This document shows, piece by piece, positions 1 to 11,218 of a stretch of DNA of 64,000 nt (position 1 is the stretch's first letter; every line of letters starts with the position of its first letter). Below the pieces are notes generated by a model, which saw only the letters and a list, made by a program, of their open reading frames with translations, ran no database searches and was not told where the DNA came from. Both the position numbers and the translations under genes were made by a program. The stretch comes from Hydrurus foetidus (taxonomy: Eukaryota), in contig UYFQ01000001.1 of the NCBI GenBank assembly GCA_900617105.1, positions 310,001-374,000 of the forward strand, read 5' to 3'.

Positions 1-3000
1 GAAACTGGGGGTGAAAATGGCGCTGTCGCTAATGTGTTGGATGGCGATGTGAACTCCATTTGGCATACGCAATGGGTAACTGCCAACCCTAGGCCTCCTC
101 ACTGGATTCGGGTGGATCTGGGCAGTCCGCAGCGGCTCTCCGGTTTCCGCTATATGCCACGTCCCGGCAGCGGTAACGGCACGATTGCCACCTTCAATTT
201 TTACGGCAGCACTGACGGTGTGAACTGGGTCAAACTGCTGGACAACGCCAAAATGGCCGACTATCCCGCTGGCACCAATGCCGAGCGCACGGTACCACTC
301 AGTGCCGTGCCGGCCAACCGCGCACCCACGCTCGCGACACCGGGCGCACAAACCGCGACGCAAGGCCAAGCGGCCAGCCTGACCTTGGAGGGCCGCGACC
401 CTGAAGGCGCGGCCCTTACGTACAGCGCGACGGGTTTGCCCGCAGGTTTGAGTTTGCAAGCCACCACTGGGGTCATCAGCGGCGTTGCCAGCACCGCAGG
501 CAGTTACCCTGTAGGTGTTGCTGTCAGTGATCCGCAAGGCCTGACGGCCAGTGCCAACTTTGTCTGGACGGTGCAAGCCGCCACAGTTCCTGTCACTATC
601 AGCCCCGTCGCGGCCCCGTTGACAACGGTCAACACGGTAGTCAGCTACACCGCCAACACCACCGGCAGTGCCACCCAGTACAACTGGTCGTTCGGCGACA
701 ACACGGCAGACAGCGGCTACAGCGCCAGCAACAAAGTCAACCACACTTACGCCGCAGCGGGCGTGTACACCGTGACCTTGAGCGTCAAAGATGCCAGCGG
801 TAAGGTGACCACCCGTTTCTTTTACCAAGCGGTAGGGGCCACGGCTGTGGCCGGTAAAGCGGCTGCATCGTCGAGCCTTGTGGTGGAGTCTCGCGTAGGC
901 AACCCCTCCCGCGTGTGGGTGGTCAACCCCGATAACGACAGCGTTTCCATCTTTAACGCCATCACCAACAGCCGTGACGGGATAGTCACCGTAGGCCAAC
1001 GGCCTCGTAGCATTGCTTTTTCCCCCAGCACAGGCCGCCTGTGGGTGGTGAACAAAGGTTCCGCCACGATCAGCCTGATTGACCCTGGTTCCAGCACGGT
1101 GGTGCAAACCATCGCCTTGCCTCGGGGCTCGCAGCCTTATGGCTTGGTTTTTGCGAACGATGGCAGTGCTTTCGTCGCCTTGGAAGCCTTGGGCCAAGTT
1201 GTCAAAGTCAGCGCCACAGGCGTTGTGGGGGCCAGTTTGGACGTGGGTGCCAACCCGCGCCACATGGCCCGCACGCCGGACGGCAGCAAGCTTCTGGTCT
1301 CACGCTTCATCACGCCAGCCCAGCCCGGAGAAGGCACTGCGGCTGTGCAAACCACACTCAATGGCGCGAAAGTGGGCGGCGAAGTGATTGTGCTTGACGC
1401 AGCCAGCTTTACCGTCACCAAAGCCAAATTGATACTGCAACACAGCGACAAAGCCGATACCGAAAACAGCGGACGCGGCGTGCCCAACTACTTGGGCGCA
1501 GCAGCCATTTCGCCAGACGGTAAAACCGCGTGGATACCCTCCAAGCAAGACAACATCCTGCGTGGAGCCTTGCGCGACGGCACGGGCTTGAACTTCCAAA
1601 ACACGGTGCGGGCAATTTCCTCGCGCATCGACTTGGGCACCTTGACCGAAGATTACGCGGGCCGTATTGACCACGACAACAGCAGCTTGGCCAGTGCGGC
1701 GCTGTACCACCCCAGCGGTGCCTACCTGTTCGTTGCCTTGGAAACCAGCCGCGAGATAGCTGTGGTGGACGCTATTGGCAAGCGAACCCTCTTCACCCTA
1801 GGAACCGGGCTGGCACCGCAAGGCTTGGCCCTCTCTGCGGACGGTCGCCGCCTGTATGTCAGCAACTTCATGGACCGCAGTGTGGGTGTTTACGACTTGA
1901 GCAGCTTGCTCGACTATGGGCAAACCGCCAATGTGCCCGCAGCCACTGTCATGCCGACCGTGGCGGCTGAAAGCAGCCTCACCCCCGCTCAACTCAAAGG
2001 CAAACAGCTCTTTTACGATGCCAAAGACACCCGTTTGGCCCGTGACAGTTACATGAGCTGCGCCTCGTGCCACAACGACGGCAGCCACGATGGCCGCACC
2101 TGGGATTTCACCGGTTTCGGCGAAGGGTTGCGCAACACCATCAGCCTACGGGGCCGTGCAGGGGCGCAAGGCAACAAGCACTGGACAGGTAATTTCGATG
2201 AAATCCAAGACTTTGAAGGCCAAATTCGCGCTTTCGCAGGCGGAACCGGCTTGATGAGCGATGCGCAGTTCAACACCGGCACCCGCAACACCCAACTGGG
2301 GGACAAGAAGGCTGGTGTCAGTGCCGATTTGGACGCTTTGGCGGCTTACGTGATCTCACTCAACACCTTTGAGGTGAGCCCGCTGCGCACGCCTACCGGT
2401 ACGCTGACCACCGCTGGCGTGGCAGGTAAAACCGTGTTCATCGCGCAGTGCGCAAGCTGCCACGGCGGCGCTGATTTCACCAACAGCGCAGGCGGCACCT
2501 TCTCGAACGTAGGCACGCTCAAAGCCAGCAGTGGCAAGCGCCTGGGTGCTGCCCTCACCGGCTTGGACGTACCCACCCTGCGCGACGCTTGGGCTACTGC
2601 CCCGTATTTGCACGACGGCTCAGCGGCCACGGTATCGGCGGCCATCGCGGCGCACACCAACCTCACGCTGAACGCTGCGGATCTGGCTTCGGTGAGTGCC
2701 TTTGTGCAGCAAATCGGTGGTGATGAGGTTGGCCTTGTGCTGGGTGTGAGCGCCCGCTATGTGAAGTTGGAGGCCACCAGCGAAGTCAATGGCAACCCTT
2801 GGACTTCCATGGCCGAGTTCAATCTCTTGAGTTCAACGCAAACCGCCTTGCCTCGCACCGGTTGGAAGGTATCTGCCGACAGTGCTGAAACTGCCGGTGA
2901 AAACGGCAATGTCGCAAATGTGCTGGATGGCAATGCAAACACAATCTGGCACACCCAGTGGGTCGGTGCGAACCCCAAACCGCCCCATTGGATCGTGCTG

Positions 3001-3186
3001 GATTTGGGCAGTACACAGCCATTTTCAGGTTTCCGCTACAGCCCTCGTCCAGGGGGGGGCAATGGTACGGTGGCGAAGTACAACTTTTACACCAGTACCG
3101 ATGGCATCAACTGGACGCTGCGCAGTTCGGGGGATTTGATGGCACTTGGCGCAGCCAGTGCCGATAAGGTTGTGATGCTCAAATAA
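1..3186 (+). CDS. 5'-truncated large multidomain protein: F5/8-type C (discoidin), putative Ig, PKD, YVTN beta-propeller, di-heme cytochrome c (CcP/MauG-like), F5/8-type C
   Basis: Frame is open from base 1 (ETGGENGAVANVLDG...). Two CASCH heme motifs and TAPYLHDGS, a PKD-like WSFGD, and two similar discoidin repeats (WHTQW...PHWI..DLG). Confidence 0.8.
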   Translation, partial: ETGGENGAVANVLDGDVNSIWHTQWVTANPRPPHWIRVDLGSPQRLSGFRYMPRPGSGNGTIATFNFYGSTDGVNWVKLLDNAKMADYPAGTNAERTVPLSAVPANRAPTLATPGAQTATQGQAASLTLEGRDPEGAALTYSATGLPAGLSLQATTGVISGVASTAGSYPVGVAVSDPQGLTASANFVWTVQAATVPVTISPVAAPLTTVNTVVSYTANTTGSATQYNWSFGDNTADSGYSASNKVNHTYAAAGVYTVTLSVKDASGKVTTRFFYQAVGATAVAGKAAASSSLVVESRVGNPSRVWVVNPDNDSVSIFNAITNSRDGIVTVGQRPRSIAFSPSTGRLWVVNKGSATISLIDPGSSTVVQTIALPRGSQPYGLVFANDGSAFVALEALGQVVKVSATGVVGASLDVGANPRHMARTPDGSKLLVSRFITPAQPGEGTAAVQTTLNGAKVGGEVIVLDAASFTVTKAKLILQHSDKADTENSGRGVPNYLGAAAISPDGKTAWIPSKQDNILRGALRDGTGLNFQNTVRAISSRIDLGTLTEDYAGRIDHDNSSLASAALYHPSGAYLFVALETSREIAVVDAIGKRTLFTLGTGLAPQGLALSADGRRLYVSNFMDRSVGVYDLSSLLDYGQTANVPAATVMPTVAAESSLTPAQLKGKQLFYDAKDTRLARDSYMSCASCHNDGSHDGRTWDFTGFGEGLRNTISLRGRAGAQGNKHWTGNFDEIQDFEGQIRAFAGGTGLMSDAQFNTGTRNTQLGDKKAGVSADLDALAAYVISLNTFEVSPLRTPTGTLTTAGVAGKTVFIAQCASCHGGADFTNSAGGTFSNVGTLKASSGKRLGAALTGLDVPTLRDAWATAPYLHDGSAATVSAAIAAHTNLTLNAADLASVSAFVQQIGGDEVGLVLGVSARYVKLEATSEVNGNPWTSMAEFNLLSSTQTALPRTGWKVSADSAETAGENGNVANVLDGNANTIWHTQWVGANPKPPHWIVLDLGSTQPFSGFRYSPRPGGGNGTVAKYNFYTSTDGINWTLRSSGDLMALGAASADKVVMLK

Positions 3187-3189
3187 GGG

Positions 3190-3996
3190 CTATAGCTCTG
3201 ACGTATCCGTCAGCGCTGCCATCATCGGCATTTTCTTGCGCATCCACTCGCGGTCGACTTGCAGCTTGGTCAGCAGCTCATCAGGCAAGTCGTCGATCAC
3301 ATCGGGTGTCTCAGGTGCCATTTCGGCCAGCAACTCTGCAATGTGGACGATGCCAGCCAAGCGGCTGAAAGGCTTGGCGGCCATCGGATCTACTGCATGC
3401 TCCAAGCCCCGTACGATCTCCACGGGAAAATTCCAGCGGCGGGCCATTTCTGCCGTTACTTGGCCCTCGGTGAAGCCCACCGTCGCCACCTCGCGTTCCC
3501 AGCGGCCACCGGGGTAGTGGGGCATTTTTTCAATGTCAGCCAAGCAGCCCGGCACCGCTTGTGCCATGCTGAGCTCGCCCAAGCGCAGCATGAATGCGGC
3601 CAGCCACGCCTGTTGCGCATCCGCCCCCAAACCGGCAGCCAGCCACTGTGCATAGCCCGCGCTGGCCATGCTTTCGCGCCAAAAGGCTGTGCGGTCTAAG
3701 CCTGCCACCTCCGGGAAGGCATCGTTCAAGCACGACGACAACGCAAGCGTGCGCACCTGCCCCATGCCCAGCATCATGATGGCATCGTCCACCGAGCTGA
3801 GCTGGCGCGGCAGGCCAAACTTGGCGCTGTTGCCTAGGCGCAGCAGCTTCACGGTCAAGGCCGGGTCTTTGGCGATGGCATTGCGAACCTGCGAGACCGG
3901 GGCATCGTCATCGTTGAGCGATTTGATGAGGCTCTGCGCCACCTCAGGCATGGTGGGGAGCTTGATGTTTTGGAAAAGTTCGGCCAGTGTGGTCAT
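3190..3996 (-). CDS. Stand-alone HDOD-domain signalling protein
   Basis: LPTMPEV, IAKDPALTVKLLRLGNSA and MARRWNFP motifs. GGAGGA RBS upstream of ATG 3996. Confidence 0.85.
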   Translation of the reverse strand: MTTLAELFQNIKLPTMPEVAQSLIKSLNDDDAPVSQVRNAIAKDPALTVKLLRLGNSAKFGLPRQLSSVDDAIMMLGMGQVRTLALSSCLNDAFPEVAGLDRTAFWRESMASAGYAQWLAAGLGADAQQAWLAAFMLRLGELSMAQAVPGCLADIEKMPHYPGGRWEREVATVGFTEGQVTAEMARRWNFPVEIVRGLEHAVDPMAAKPFSRLAGIVHIAELLAEMAPETPDVIDDLPDELLTKLQVDREWMRKKMPMMAALTDTSEL

Positions 3997-4139
3997 GGTT
4001 GTGTCCTCCGTGGGGTTAGTCTGGTGTGCAGCGTTGTTGAGGCTGCTGGTCATCACGATAAATGGTTTTCATCGACCCGGCACAAGTTCCTCGCCAAAGC
4101 CCCACCGCTGGCCTGACTTATAAAAATACAATGGTTCGC

Positions 4140-7046
4140 ATGACCGCACCTCTCCCCTCTCCAACCCCTCCTGCATCGTCCTCACGCCCGCAAACTCTGC
4201 TGCTGGTTGATGGCTCCAGCTATCTGTACCGTGCTTTCCACGCCATGCCTGATTTGCGTGCCGTGCCGGGCGACCCTACCAGCCCGCCCACAGGCGCGAT
4301 CCGTGGCATGGTCAACATGCTGCACAGCCTGCGCAAAGAGGTGCCCGCTGACTTCGCCGTCTGTATTTTTGACGCCAAAGGCCCCACCTTCCGCGACACT
4401 TTGTACCCCGCGTACAAGGCTACCCGCAGCCCCATGCCGCCCGATTTGCGCAGCCAAATTGAGCCCATCAACGAACTGGTGGCGCTTTTGGGCTGGAAGG
4501 TCATGGCCGTGCCCGGTGTTGAAGCCGATGACGTGATCGGCACCCTGGCCGTGACCGCCGCCCGCCAAGGCATCCGCGTGATCGTCTCCAGTGGCGACAA
4601 AGACCTGAGCCAGTTGGTGAACGAGCACATCACCATCATCGACACCATGAACGGCAAGAAGCGCGATGTGGCTGGGGTCACTGAAGAGTTCGGCGTGCCA
4701 CCCTCGCTGATGCTGGATTACCAAACTCTGGTGGGCGATGCGGTTGACAACGTGCCCGGCGTGAGTAAAGTCGGCCCCAAAACTGCTGTCAAATGGCTCA
4801 ACGAATACGGCTCGCTGGCCGCGCTGATCGCCAAAGCCGCCGACATCAAAGGCGTGGTCGGTGAGAACCTGCGCCAGTCGCTGGACTGGTTGCCCAAAGC
4901 CGCTGAGCTGCTGACCATCAAAACCGATTGCGATTTGTCCGCCTACATAGACGGCTTGCCTGCTCTTGATTCGATAGCTTACCAAGCACAGCAAACAAGC
5001 GCACTCAAGGCTTTTTACGAAAAATACGGCTTCAAAGGCTTGGCTCGGGCACTGGGCGATGTGCCCAAGCTGCCACCCATGCCCAAAATACCAGCCAAGA
5101 TGCCTGCGTCGCCGTTGTTTGACGAGCCTGTCACCGAGGTCACTCCTGCGCTGAACGCTAACACCGCTGTACATCAGCCAGCCGAAGTGGCCCCAGGCGA
5201 CACCGGCGATCTCTTCGGCGATGCCCCCAGCGCCCCAGAATCCGCCAAAACCTACGAAACCATCACCGATTGGGCCCGCTTTGATGCATGGCTGGCCATC
5301 CTCAACACCGCCGAGTTGACCGCGCTGGACACCGAAACCACGTCCCTCAGTGCCTTGGATGCACAGATCGTCGGCATCAGCTTCAGTGTGAAACCCGGCG
5401 AGGCGGCCTACATCCCCGTCGCCCACAGCTACCCCGATGCGCCTGCCCAATTGCCCCGCGACGAGGTACTTGCCCGCCTCAAGCCCTGGCTTGAAAACCC
5501 CGCCCACCCTAAGCTGGGCCAGCACATCAAATACGACCGCCATATCTTCGCCAACCACGGCATCGAAGTACAGGGCTACCGGCAGGACACGATGCTGCAA
5601 AGCTACGTGCTCGAAGTCCACAAACCCCACGGACTCAGCAGCTTGGCCGAGCGCCACCTGGGCCGCAAAGGCATCACCTACGAAGATTTGTGCGGCAAAG
5701 GCGCACACCAAATCTGTTTTGACCAGGTAGAGGTCACCAAAGCGGCTGAGTATTCGTGCGAAGACAGCGACCAAACCCTGGCCGTTCACCTCGTCCTGTG
5801 GCCCCAGCTGCAAGCCGATGCCAAGTTGCTCGCCGTGTACGAGCTGGAAATCACCAGCAGCGAAACCCTCTACCGCATCGAGCGCAACGGCGTGCTGATC
5901 GACGCGCCCACCCTGGCCGCGCAAAGCCACACCCTGGGCCAGCGCATCGTGCAGCTCGAAAAAGATGCTCACGATTTGGCCGGTCAGCCCTTCAACCTCA
6001 GCAGCCCCAAGCAAATCGGTGAAATTTTCTTCACCAAACTCGGCCTGCCTGTTGTCAAGAAAACCCCTACCGGCGCACCCAGCACCGACGAAGAAGTGCT
6101 GGAAAAGCTCGCCGAAGACTTCCCTCTGCCCGCCAAAATCCTGGAGCACCGGGGTCTTGCCAAGCTCAAAGGCACGTACACCGACAAACTCGCGCTGCTG
6201 ACCAACCCCCGCACAGGCCGTGTCCACACCCACTATGCCCAAGCCGTCGCCGTCACGGGCCGCCTCAGCAGCAACGACCCCAACCTGCAAAACATCCCCA
6301 TCCGTACCGTCGAGGGCCGCCGTGTGCGCGAAGCCTTTGTCGCTGCCCCTGGCAACGTCATTGCCAGCGCCGATTACAGCCAAATCGAGCTGCGCATCAT
6401 GGCCCACCTGAGCGACGACCCCGCGCTGCTGCGGGCCTTTCATGATGGCCTGGACGTTCACCGCGCCACCGCTGCCGAGGTCTTCAGCGTTGCTGTCGAT
6501 CAAGTGAGCAGTGAACAACGCCGCTACGCCAAAACCATCAACTTCGGCCTGATCTACGGCATGAGTGCCTTCGGCCTCGCCAAATCGCTAGGCATCGACA
6601 ACAGCGCCGCCCGCAACTTCGTAGACCGTTACTTTCAGCGCTACCCCGGTGTCAAGCAGTACATGGAAAGCACCCGCCAGTCCGCCAAAGCCAAAGGCTA
6701 CGTCGAAACCGTGCTGGGCCGTCGCCTCTACCTGCCAGAGATCAGCAGCCCCAACGGCCCCCGCCGCGCCGGTGCTGAGCGCGCAGCCATCAACGCCCCC
6801 ATGCAAGGCACCGCCGCTGACCTCATTAAATTAAGCATGAATGCGGTGCAAGCCGTTTTAGACAGTGCGAAGCCTGCTATCAAAATGATTATGCAAGTGC
6901 ATGACGAACTGGTGTTCGAGCTGCCGCAAGGTGAAGTCGATTGGCTGAAAACCGAGATCCCGCGCTTGATGGCGGGTGTCGCGCAACTCAAGGTGCCGTT
7001 GCTGGCGGAAGTGGGCGTGGGGGGGAGTTGGGAGGAGGCGCATTGA
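4140..7046 (+). CDS. polA: DNA polymerase I
   Basis: 5'-3' exonuclease (LVDGSSYLYRAFHA), 3'-5' exonuclease (DTET), and polymerase motifs DYSQIELR, KTINFGLIYG and QVHDE. Start codon uncertain. Confidence 0.97.
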   Translation: MTAPLPSPTPPASSSRPQTLLLVDGSSYLYRAFHAMPDLRAVPGDPTSPPTGAIRGMVNMLHSLRKEVPADFAVCIFDAKGPTFRDTLYPAYKATRSPMPPDLRSQIEPINELVALLGWKVMAVPGVEADDVIGTLAVTAARQGIRVIVSSGDKDLSQLVNEHITIIDTMNGKKRDVAGVTEEFGVPPSLMLDYQTLVGDAVDNVPGVSKVGPKTAVKWLNEYGSLAALIAKAADIKGVVGENLRQSLDWLPKAAELLTIKTDCDLSAYIDGLPALDSIAYQAQQTSALKAFYEKYGFKGLARALGDVPKLPPMPKIPAKMPASPLFDEPVTEVTPALNANTAVHQPAEVAPGDTGDLFGDAPSAPESAKTYETITDWARFDAWLAILNTAELTALDTETTSLSALDAQIVGISFSVKPGEAAYIPVAHSYPDAPAQLPRDEVLARLKPWLENPAHPKLGQHIKYDRHIFANHGIEVQGYRQDTMLQSYVLEVHKPHGLSSLAERHLGRKGITYEDLCGKGAHQICFDQVEVTKAAEYSCEDSDQTLAVHLVLWPQLQADAKLLAVYELEITSSETLYRIERNGVLIDAPTLAAQSHTLGQRIVQLEKDAHDLAGQPFNLSSPKQIGEIFFTKLGLPVVKKTPTGAPSTDEEVLEKLAEDFPLPAKILEHRGLAKLKGTYTDKLALLTNPRTGRVHTHYAQAVAVTGRLSSNDPNLQNIPIRTVEGRRVREAFVAAPGNVIASADYSQIELRIMAHLSDDPALLRAFHDGLDVHRATAAEVFSVAVDQVSSEQRRYAKTINFGLIYGMSAFGLAKSLGIDNSAARNFVDRYFQRYPGVKQYMESTRQSAKAKGYVETVLGRRLYLPEISSPNGPRRAGAERAAINAPMQGTAADLIKLSMNAVQAVLDSAKPAIKMIMQVHDELVFELPQGEVDWLKTEIPRLMAGVAQLKVPLLAEVGVGGSWEEAH

Positions 7047-7163
7047 GATGTTGAGTGCCTGAATCACGCCAGCGCCCGCTGCAAGAAGCGGCCAAATCGT
7101 GCAAGGCATGGGTTTGAGGGGAGGTATGCTGGGGTCATAACTTAAATTTTCGGGAGGGGTTTC

Positions 7164-9200
7164 ATGAAAAAAATCGCAGTCATTTTTTTGGCGCTGGCTT
7201 TGGCGATGATCGCCGCATCTTTTGGGTTCAGTCAACGCGCTATTGCGATTCAAGGGCCTTCTGCATTGGCGGTTATGGCGGATGAGACTGTGTGGCTCAG
7301 TGTGGATGAGTCGTTGTGGCATCTTGCACGCGAGGGCCAGTTACTTGGCAAGGTTGAGGGGTCAGCGCTGGGCTTGAAAGGCCGAGTCGGTAACATGGCA
7401 CGTCATCCGTCTGGGCAGTTGGTGTTGGGCATTAAAGACCAGAACGAGTTGTATTTTTTCAACCCGTTGAAGGCCCAGATTGATAGCCGCTTGCTGCCTC
7501 GCTGGCCAGAGTCTTTGGTACGTCACGCGTCACGGGCTATCAATTACGCCTTCAGCCCTAGCGGGTTGCTTGCCATTGCCACAGGTGGAGGTCATGCCGT
7601 GGCGCTCTTTGACGAAGCCGGTCAATTTTTGCAACGCAGCCCCGCTAACCTTTACCGCTTCACGAACGGTCTGTGGTGGGAAGGCGAGCGGTTGTGGACG
7701 ACCAACACCAATGCCTTTGAATTGATTCAACTGTCACCGGCCACCATGGAGCCCATTGAAACCGTGGTGCTGACGGATTCCGGGCAAGGCATGTTCCTCG
7801 GTGTGGCCGTGGCATCGCAGGGGCAATCTCACTCATCAACACCTGCAAGCACGCCGTTTGCGACGGTGGTGCGTTTAACCAATGGCATGGTTCATGGCCG
7901 TATCGTTGACGTGTTTGCCAATGGTGAAGAGCGTGAGTTTCAAGGCTCGGTGGGTCTTGAACATCGCGATATTGCCTGGCTAGGTGATCGGTTGTTGGCG
8001 ATAGATGGTCAATCTTATGCCGTGAAACAGTTTGGTTCTGATGGGTTGCCACTTGTCAATTTTGGTGATGCAGCGGTTCAAAATGAACTGGCTTCTCTGC
8101 TTCAATCAAGGCAGCGGTTTAACCTTGCTCACGATGTGTTTTTGTACTTTGCTGTGGGGTTGTTCTTGGTGGGTTTTGTGCTGGCTGTTGCTGCGGAGCG
8201 TGTGCTGGTTAAGGCCAAACTTGATCCTGGAATCCCATCTGTTACGCCTGAATCTATGGGCTTGCTGGTGATCAGTAAGCCGGCGTTTGTGCGTAAATCA
8301 CTGCTTTTTTTACCCTTGTGGCTGTTGATTGGTCTGGCCGTGTGGTCTGTACTGGCTTCTCTTGAATCACCAGGGTGGCTTATTCGGCAACTTTTGAGCT
8401 TGGGTTTATGGGGTGGTTTGTGCACACTGGGTGGTGTGCTTCTGTTGGCGCTGGTGTACAACCACGCCGCGATGGGATGGGCCGGGCATCGACTGGCTTG
8501 GGAGCCTGTCGTGAATGCCTATGCTTTGCGTTTGTTGAGAAGCCCTGAGCTGGCCTGCTTGCTGAAGCCTGACGAAGTTGTGCGTGAAACGCTCATGCTG
8601 ACGCGGTTTTCGAACCACTGGATTGTTTTAACCCAGAGTCGTGTGCTTGTTTTTGAAGTCAACGCGCGAGATCAAGTTTTGCGGCAAGTTATTGACCGTG
8701 GCGATATTACCTCGGCCACGTTGACCCCCTGGCGCAGTTTCAATTGGCTAACCATGCTGGATACGTTATGGAGTGCGGGGACTGCACGGCTTGATGTTGA
8801 CACGACGAACGGGCCGCCGCTGTCGGGCTACGTGAATTCCATCGCTACTGCTGAGCGCATGATTTCTCTCTTGGCGTTGCCATACAGGCGCAGTTTGGCA
8901 GGCACATCGACCCGCCCTGTGTCTGTGGCAAACCCTGGTTTTGGAGCGCTGCGTTGGCAGCTTATGGCCTCTGGACTAATTCCGGGCCTGGGGCAATGGA
9001 TGCAGCGCAGACGAGTCACCGCACTTCACTATTTCTTGCCGTTCACAGGCGTACTGATCTTGCTCACTGTTCCGCTGGTGTGGACCTTGTACGGCCCGCG
9101 TGCGGCTGTGTCCAGCAGCATCGTTTACCAAGCCATCGGGTTTCACCTTTTTATGGCAGCGCAGGCCACATGGGACTGCTGGCGATTGCGTCGGATTTGA
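7164..9200 (+). CDS. Hypothetical membrane protein with an N-terminal NHL/beta-propeller-like region and several TM segments
   Basis: 678-aa ORF with GGAGGGG RBS, a signal-like N-terminus and hydrophobic C-terminal segments. No family recognised. Confidence 0.6.
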   Translation: MKKIAVIFLALALAMIAASFGFSQRAIAIQGPSALAVMADETVWLSVDESLWHLAREGQLLGKVEGSALGLKGRVGNMARHPSGQLVLGIKDQNELYFFNPLKAQIDSRLLPRWPESLVRHASRAINYAFSPSGLLAIATGGGHAVALFDEAGQFLQRSPANLYRFTNGLWWEGERLWTTNTNAFELIQLSPATMEPIETVVLTDSGQGMFLGVAVASQGQSHSSTPASTPFATVVRLTNGMVHGRIVDVFANGEEREFQGSVGLEHRDIAWLGDRLLAIDGQSYAVKQFGSDGLPLVNFGDAAVQNELASLLQSRQRFNLAHDVFLYFAVGLFLVGFVLAVAAERVLVKAKLDPGIPSVTPESMGLLVISKPAFVRKSLLFLPLWLLIGLAVWSVLASLESPGWLIRQLLSLGLWGGLCTLGGVLLLALVYNHAAMGWAGHRLAWEPVVNAYALRLLRSPELACLLKPDEVVRETLMLTRFSNHWIVLTQSRVLVFEVNARDQVLRQVIDRGDITSATLTPWRSFNWLTMLDTLWSAGTARLDVDTTNGPPLSGYVNSIATAERMISLLALPYRRSLAGTSTRPVSVANPGFGALRWQLMASGLIPGLGQWMQRRRVTALHYFLPFTGVLILLTVPLVWTLYGPRAAVSSSIVYQAIGFHLFMAAQATWDCWRLRRI

Positions 9201-9392
9201 GCATGGTATTACTTTCTTTCATTCTGCAAGTTTGAAAAACATACTGCTGTTCTACGTGTTGAAACCAAAACCCCTTTGAATTTTGAAACTGGGTGGATGC
9301 TGTACGAAAAATTTGACTGTACGGGACAATATGCTTGCTGGATTTTCAGGCCACTACCCCCATGTTCCTGAATCCATTCCACCGGAGTCCCT

Positions 9393-10985
9393 GTGCAAGA
9401 CCAACTTAACCGCAGCCTGTCCCTGCTCGCCCAAGCCCCTCATCGTCACCTGCTGGCCCGTGGCTTGCGCGGGGTGGAGCGCGAAACTTTGCGCGTTACC
9501 CCGCAGGGCAACCTGGCCCTGACACCGCACCCTGCCGCCTTGGGGTCAGCGCTGACGAACCCGCAAATCACCACTGATTATTCGGAATCGCTGATGGAGT
9601 TCATCACCCCCGCAGAGCCGGACATTGCCACCGCGCTCACGCAGCTCGATGTCATCCACCGCTTTGCCGTCACCGAGCTGGATAAAAATGAAGAGCTGCT
9701 GTGGAGCCAGTCCATGCCGGGCGAGTTACCCGAAGAGGCGGATATTCCCATCGCGTGGTACGGCCAATCCCACATTGGGATGCTCAAACACGTCTACCGG
9801 CGCGGTTTGGCGCTGCGCTACGGCAAAGCCATGCAGTGCATTGCAGGCATCCACTACAACTACTCGGTGTCTGACGACCTGTGGAAAGCCCTGCACGCGG
9901 CAGACCCCACGCTGGCTTCTGACAAAGACTACCAGTCTGAACGCTACATCGCCACCATCCGCAACTTCATGCGCTACAGCTGGTTGCTGATGTACCTGTT
10001 TGGTGCGTCGCCTGCGCTGCCCGCCCACTTTTTACGCGGCCAAAAGCACCAGCTGGAACGCTTGTCGGACGACACGCTGTACCTGCCCTACGCCACCAGC
10101 CTGCGCATGAGCGATCTGGGCTACCAAAACGATGCCCAAGCGGGCTTGATTCCGCCGTACAACACCATGTACAGCTACATGCGCAGTCTGGCGCTGGCGG
10201 TGCGCAAGCCGTATCCGGCTTACGAGACTCTGGGCACGCAACGCAACGGCGAGTGGTGGCAAATCAACACCAATGTGCTGCAAATCGAAAACGAGTACTA
10301 CGCCACCATCCGTCCCAAGCGCGTGATCCGCACCGGCGAGCGCCCGCTGGAGGCGCTGTGCGCCCGTGGCATCCAGTACATCGAGGTGCGCTGCATGGAC
10401 GTTGACCCGTTTGAGCCTATCGGCATCAGTTTGCAGACTTCGCGCTTCTTGGACGCCTTTTTGCTGTTCTGTGCATTGGAAGACAGCCCGCAGACCAACG
10501 AGCAAATCGGTGCTGAGAACGCCGATAACTTCGCCAAAACCGTGAAAGAGGGCCGTCGCCACGGCTTGCAACTCCACTGCGACGGCACCAGCCGCGATCT
10601 GAAAACCTGGGGCTTGGAACTTCTAGAGCGCATCGCCCCTGTGGCGGCTTTGCTGGACGAGCTGCGCGGTGACAAGGTTCATGCTGAAACCCTGCACGTG
10701 CAACGTGCCAAGCTGAATGACGTGGCGCTCACGCCATCGGCCAAAGTGCTTGCCGCCATGCACCAGCACGGTGACTCTTACCCCGCTTTCGGCCTGGCCC
10801 AAAGCCTGGCCCACGCTGCTGATTTCCGTGCCCGGCCCTTGAGCGATGCTGAACGCGGCGCGTTAAACGCACTGGCTGCATCGTCCATCGCTGAGCAAGC
10901 GCAGATGGAGGCGTCGCAGACGGGAAGTTTTGATGACTTCATCACCGACTACCGGGCACGCACGCCTACGGAGTTGTGCGGCTAG
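9393..10985 (+). CDS. gshA: Glutamate--cysteine ligase (E. coli-type)
   Basis: [35 protein letters not shown] and LQIENEYY motifs. Confidence 0.95.
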   Translation: MQDQLNRSLSLLAQAPHRHLLARGLRGVERETLRVTPQGNLALTPHPAALGSALTNPQITTDYSESLMEFITPAEPDIATALTQLDVIHRFAVTELDKNEELLWSQSMPGELPEEADIPIAWYGQSHIGMLKHVYRRGLALRYGKAMQCIAGIHYNYSVSDDLWKALHAADPTLASDKDYQSERYIATIRNFMRYSWLLMYLFGASPALPAHFLRGQKHQLERLSDDTLYLPYATSLRMSDLGYQNDAQAGLIPPYNTMYSYMRSLALAVRKPYPAYETLGTQRNGEWWQINTNVLQIENEYYATIRPKRVIRTGERPLEALCARGIQYIEVRCMDVDPFEPIGISLQTSRFLDAFLLFCALEDSPQTNEQIGAENADNFAKTVKEGRRHGLQLHCDGTSRDLKTWGLELLERIAPVAALLDELRGDKVHAETLHVQRAKLNDVALTPSAKVLAAMHQHGDSYPAFGLAQSLAHAADFRARPLSDAERGALNALAASSIAEQAQMEASQTGSFDDFITDYRARTPTELCG

Positions 10986-11218
10986 CGCTCATCACCCCGT
11001 TCAGGGGCCAAGTCGCGCACTTTGGCGCGCACCCGGTCAAACGTGGCGCGGTCACTCAAGGCCGCGCGTTCTTGGAAGAAAGCTTGGGTTTTGATCGCCG
11101 ATATTTTTTCTGCTACAGCCATCACGATGAACTGATTGAGCGACGCATCATCTTGCGCGGCTAACTGCTTGGCGTACTGGTGCAGTGAATCGGGTAAACG
11201 CAGGGCAACTTGGCTCAT
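10982..11218 (-). CDS. Ribbon-helix-helix (HicB-like) antitoxin
   Basis: LRLPDSLH...SLNQFI. Start overlaps the stop of the upstream PIN gene (ATGA). Confidence 0.8.
   Translation of the reverse strand: MSQVALRLPDSLHQYAKQLAAQDDASLNQFIVMAVAEKISAIKTQAFFQERAALSDRATFDRVRAKVRDLAPERGDER

Noticed and set aside
4182..6518. Long antisense ORFs (also 12835-14043, 23069-24520, 25723-27207, 47924-49015)
   Set aside because: Shadow frames of high-GC genes with no recognisable motifs.
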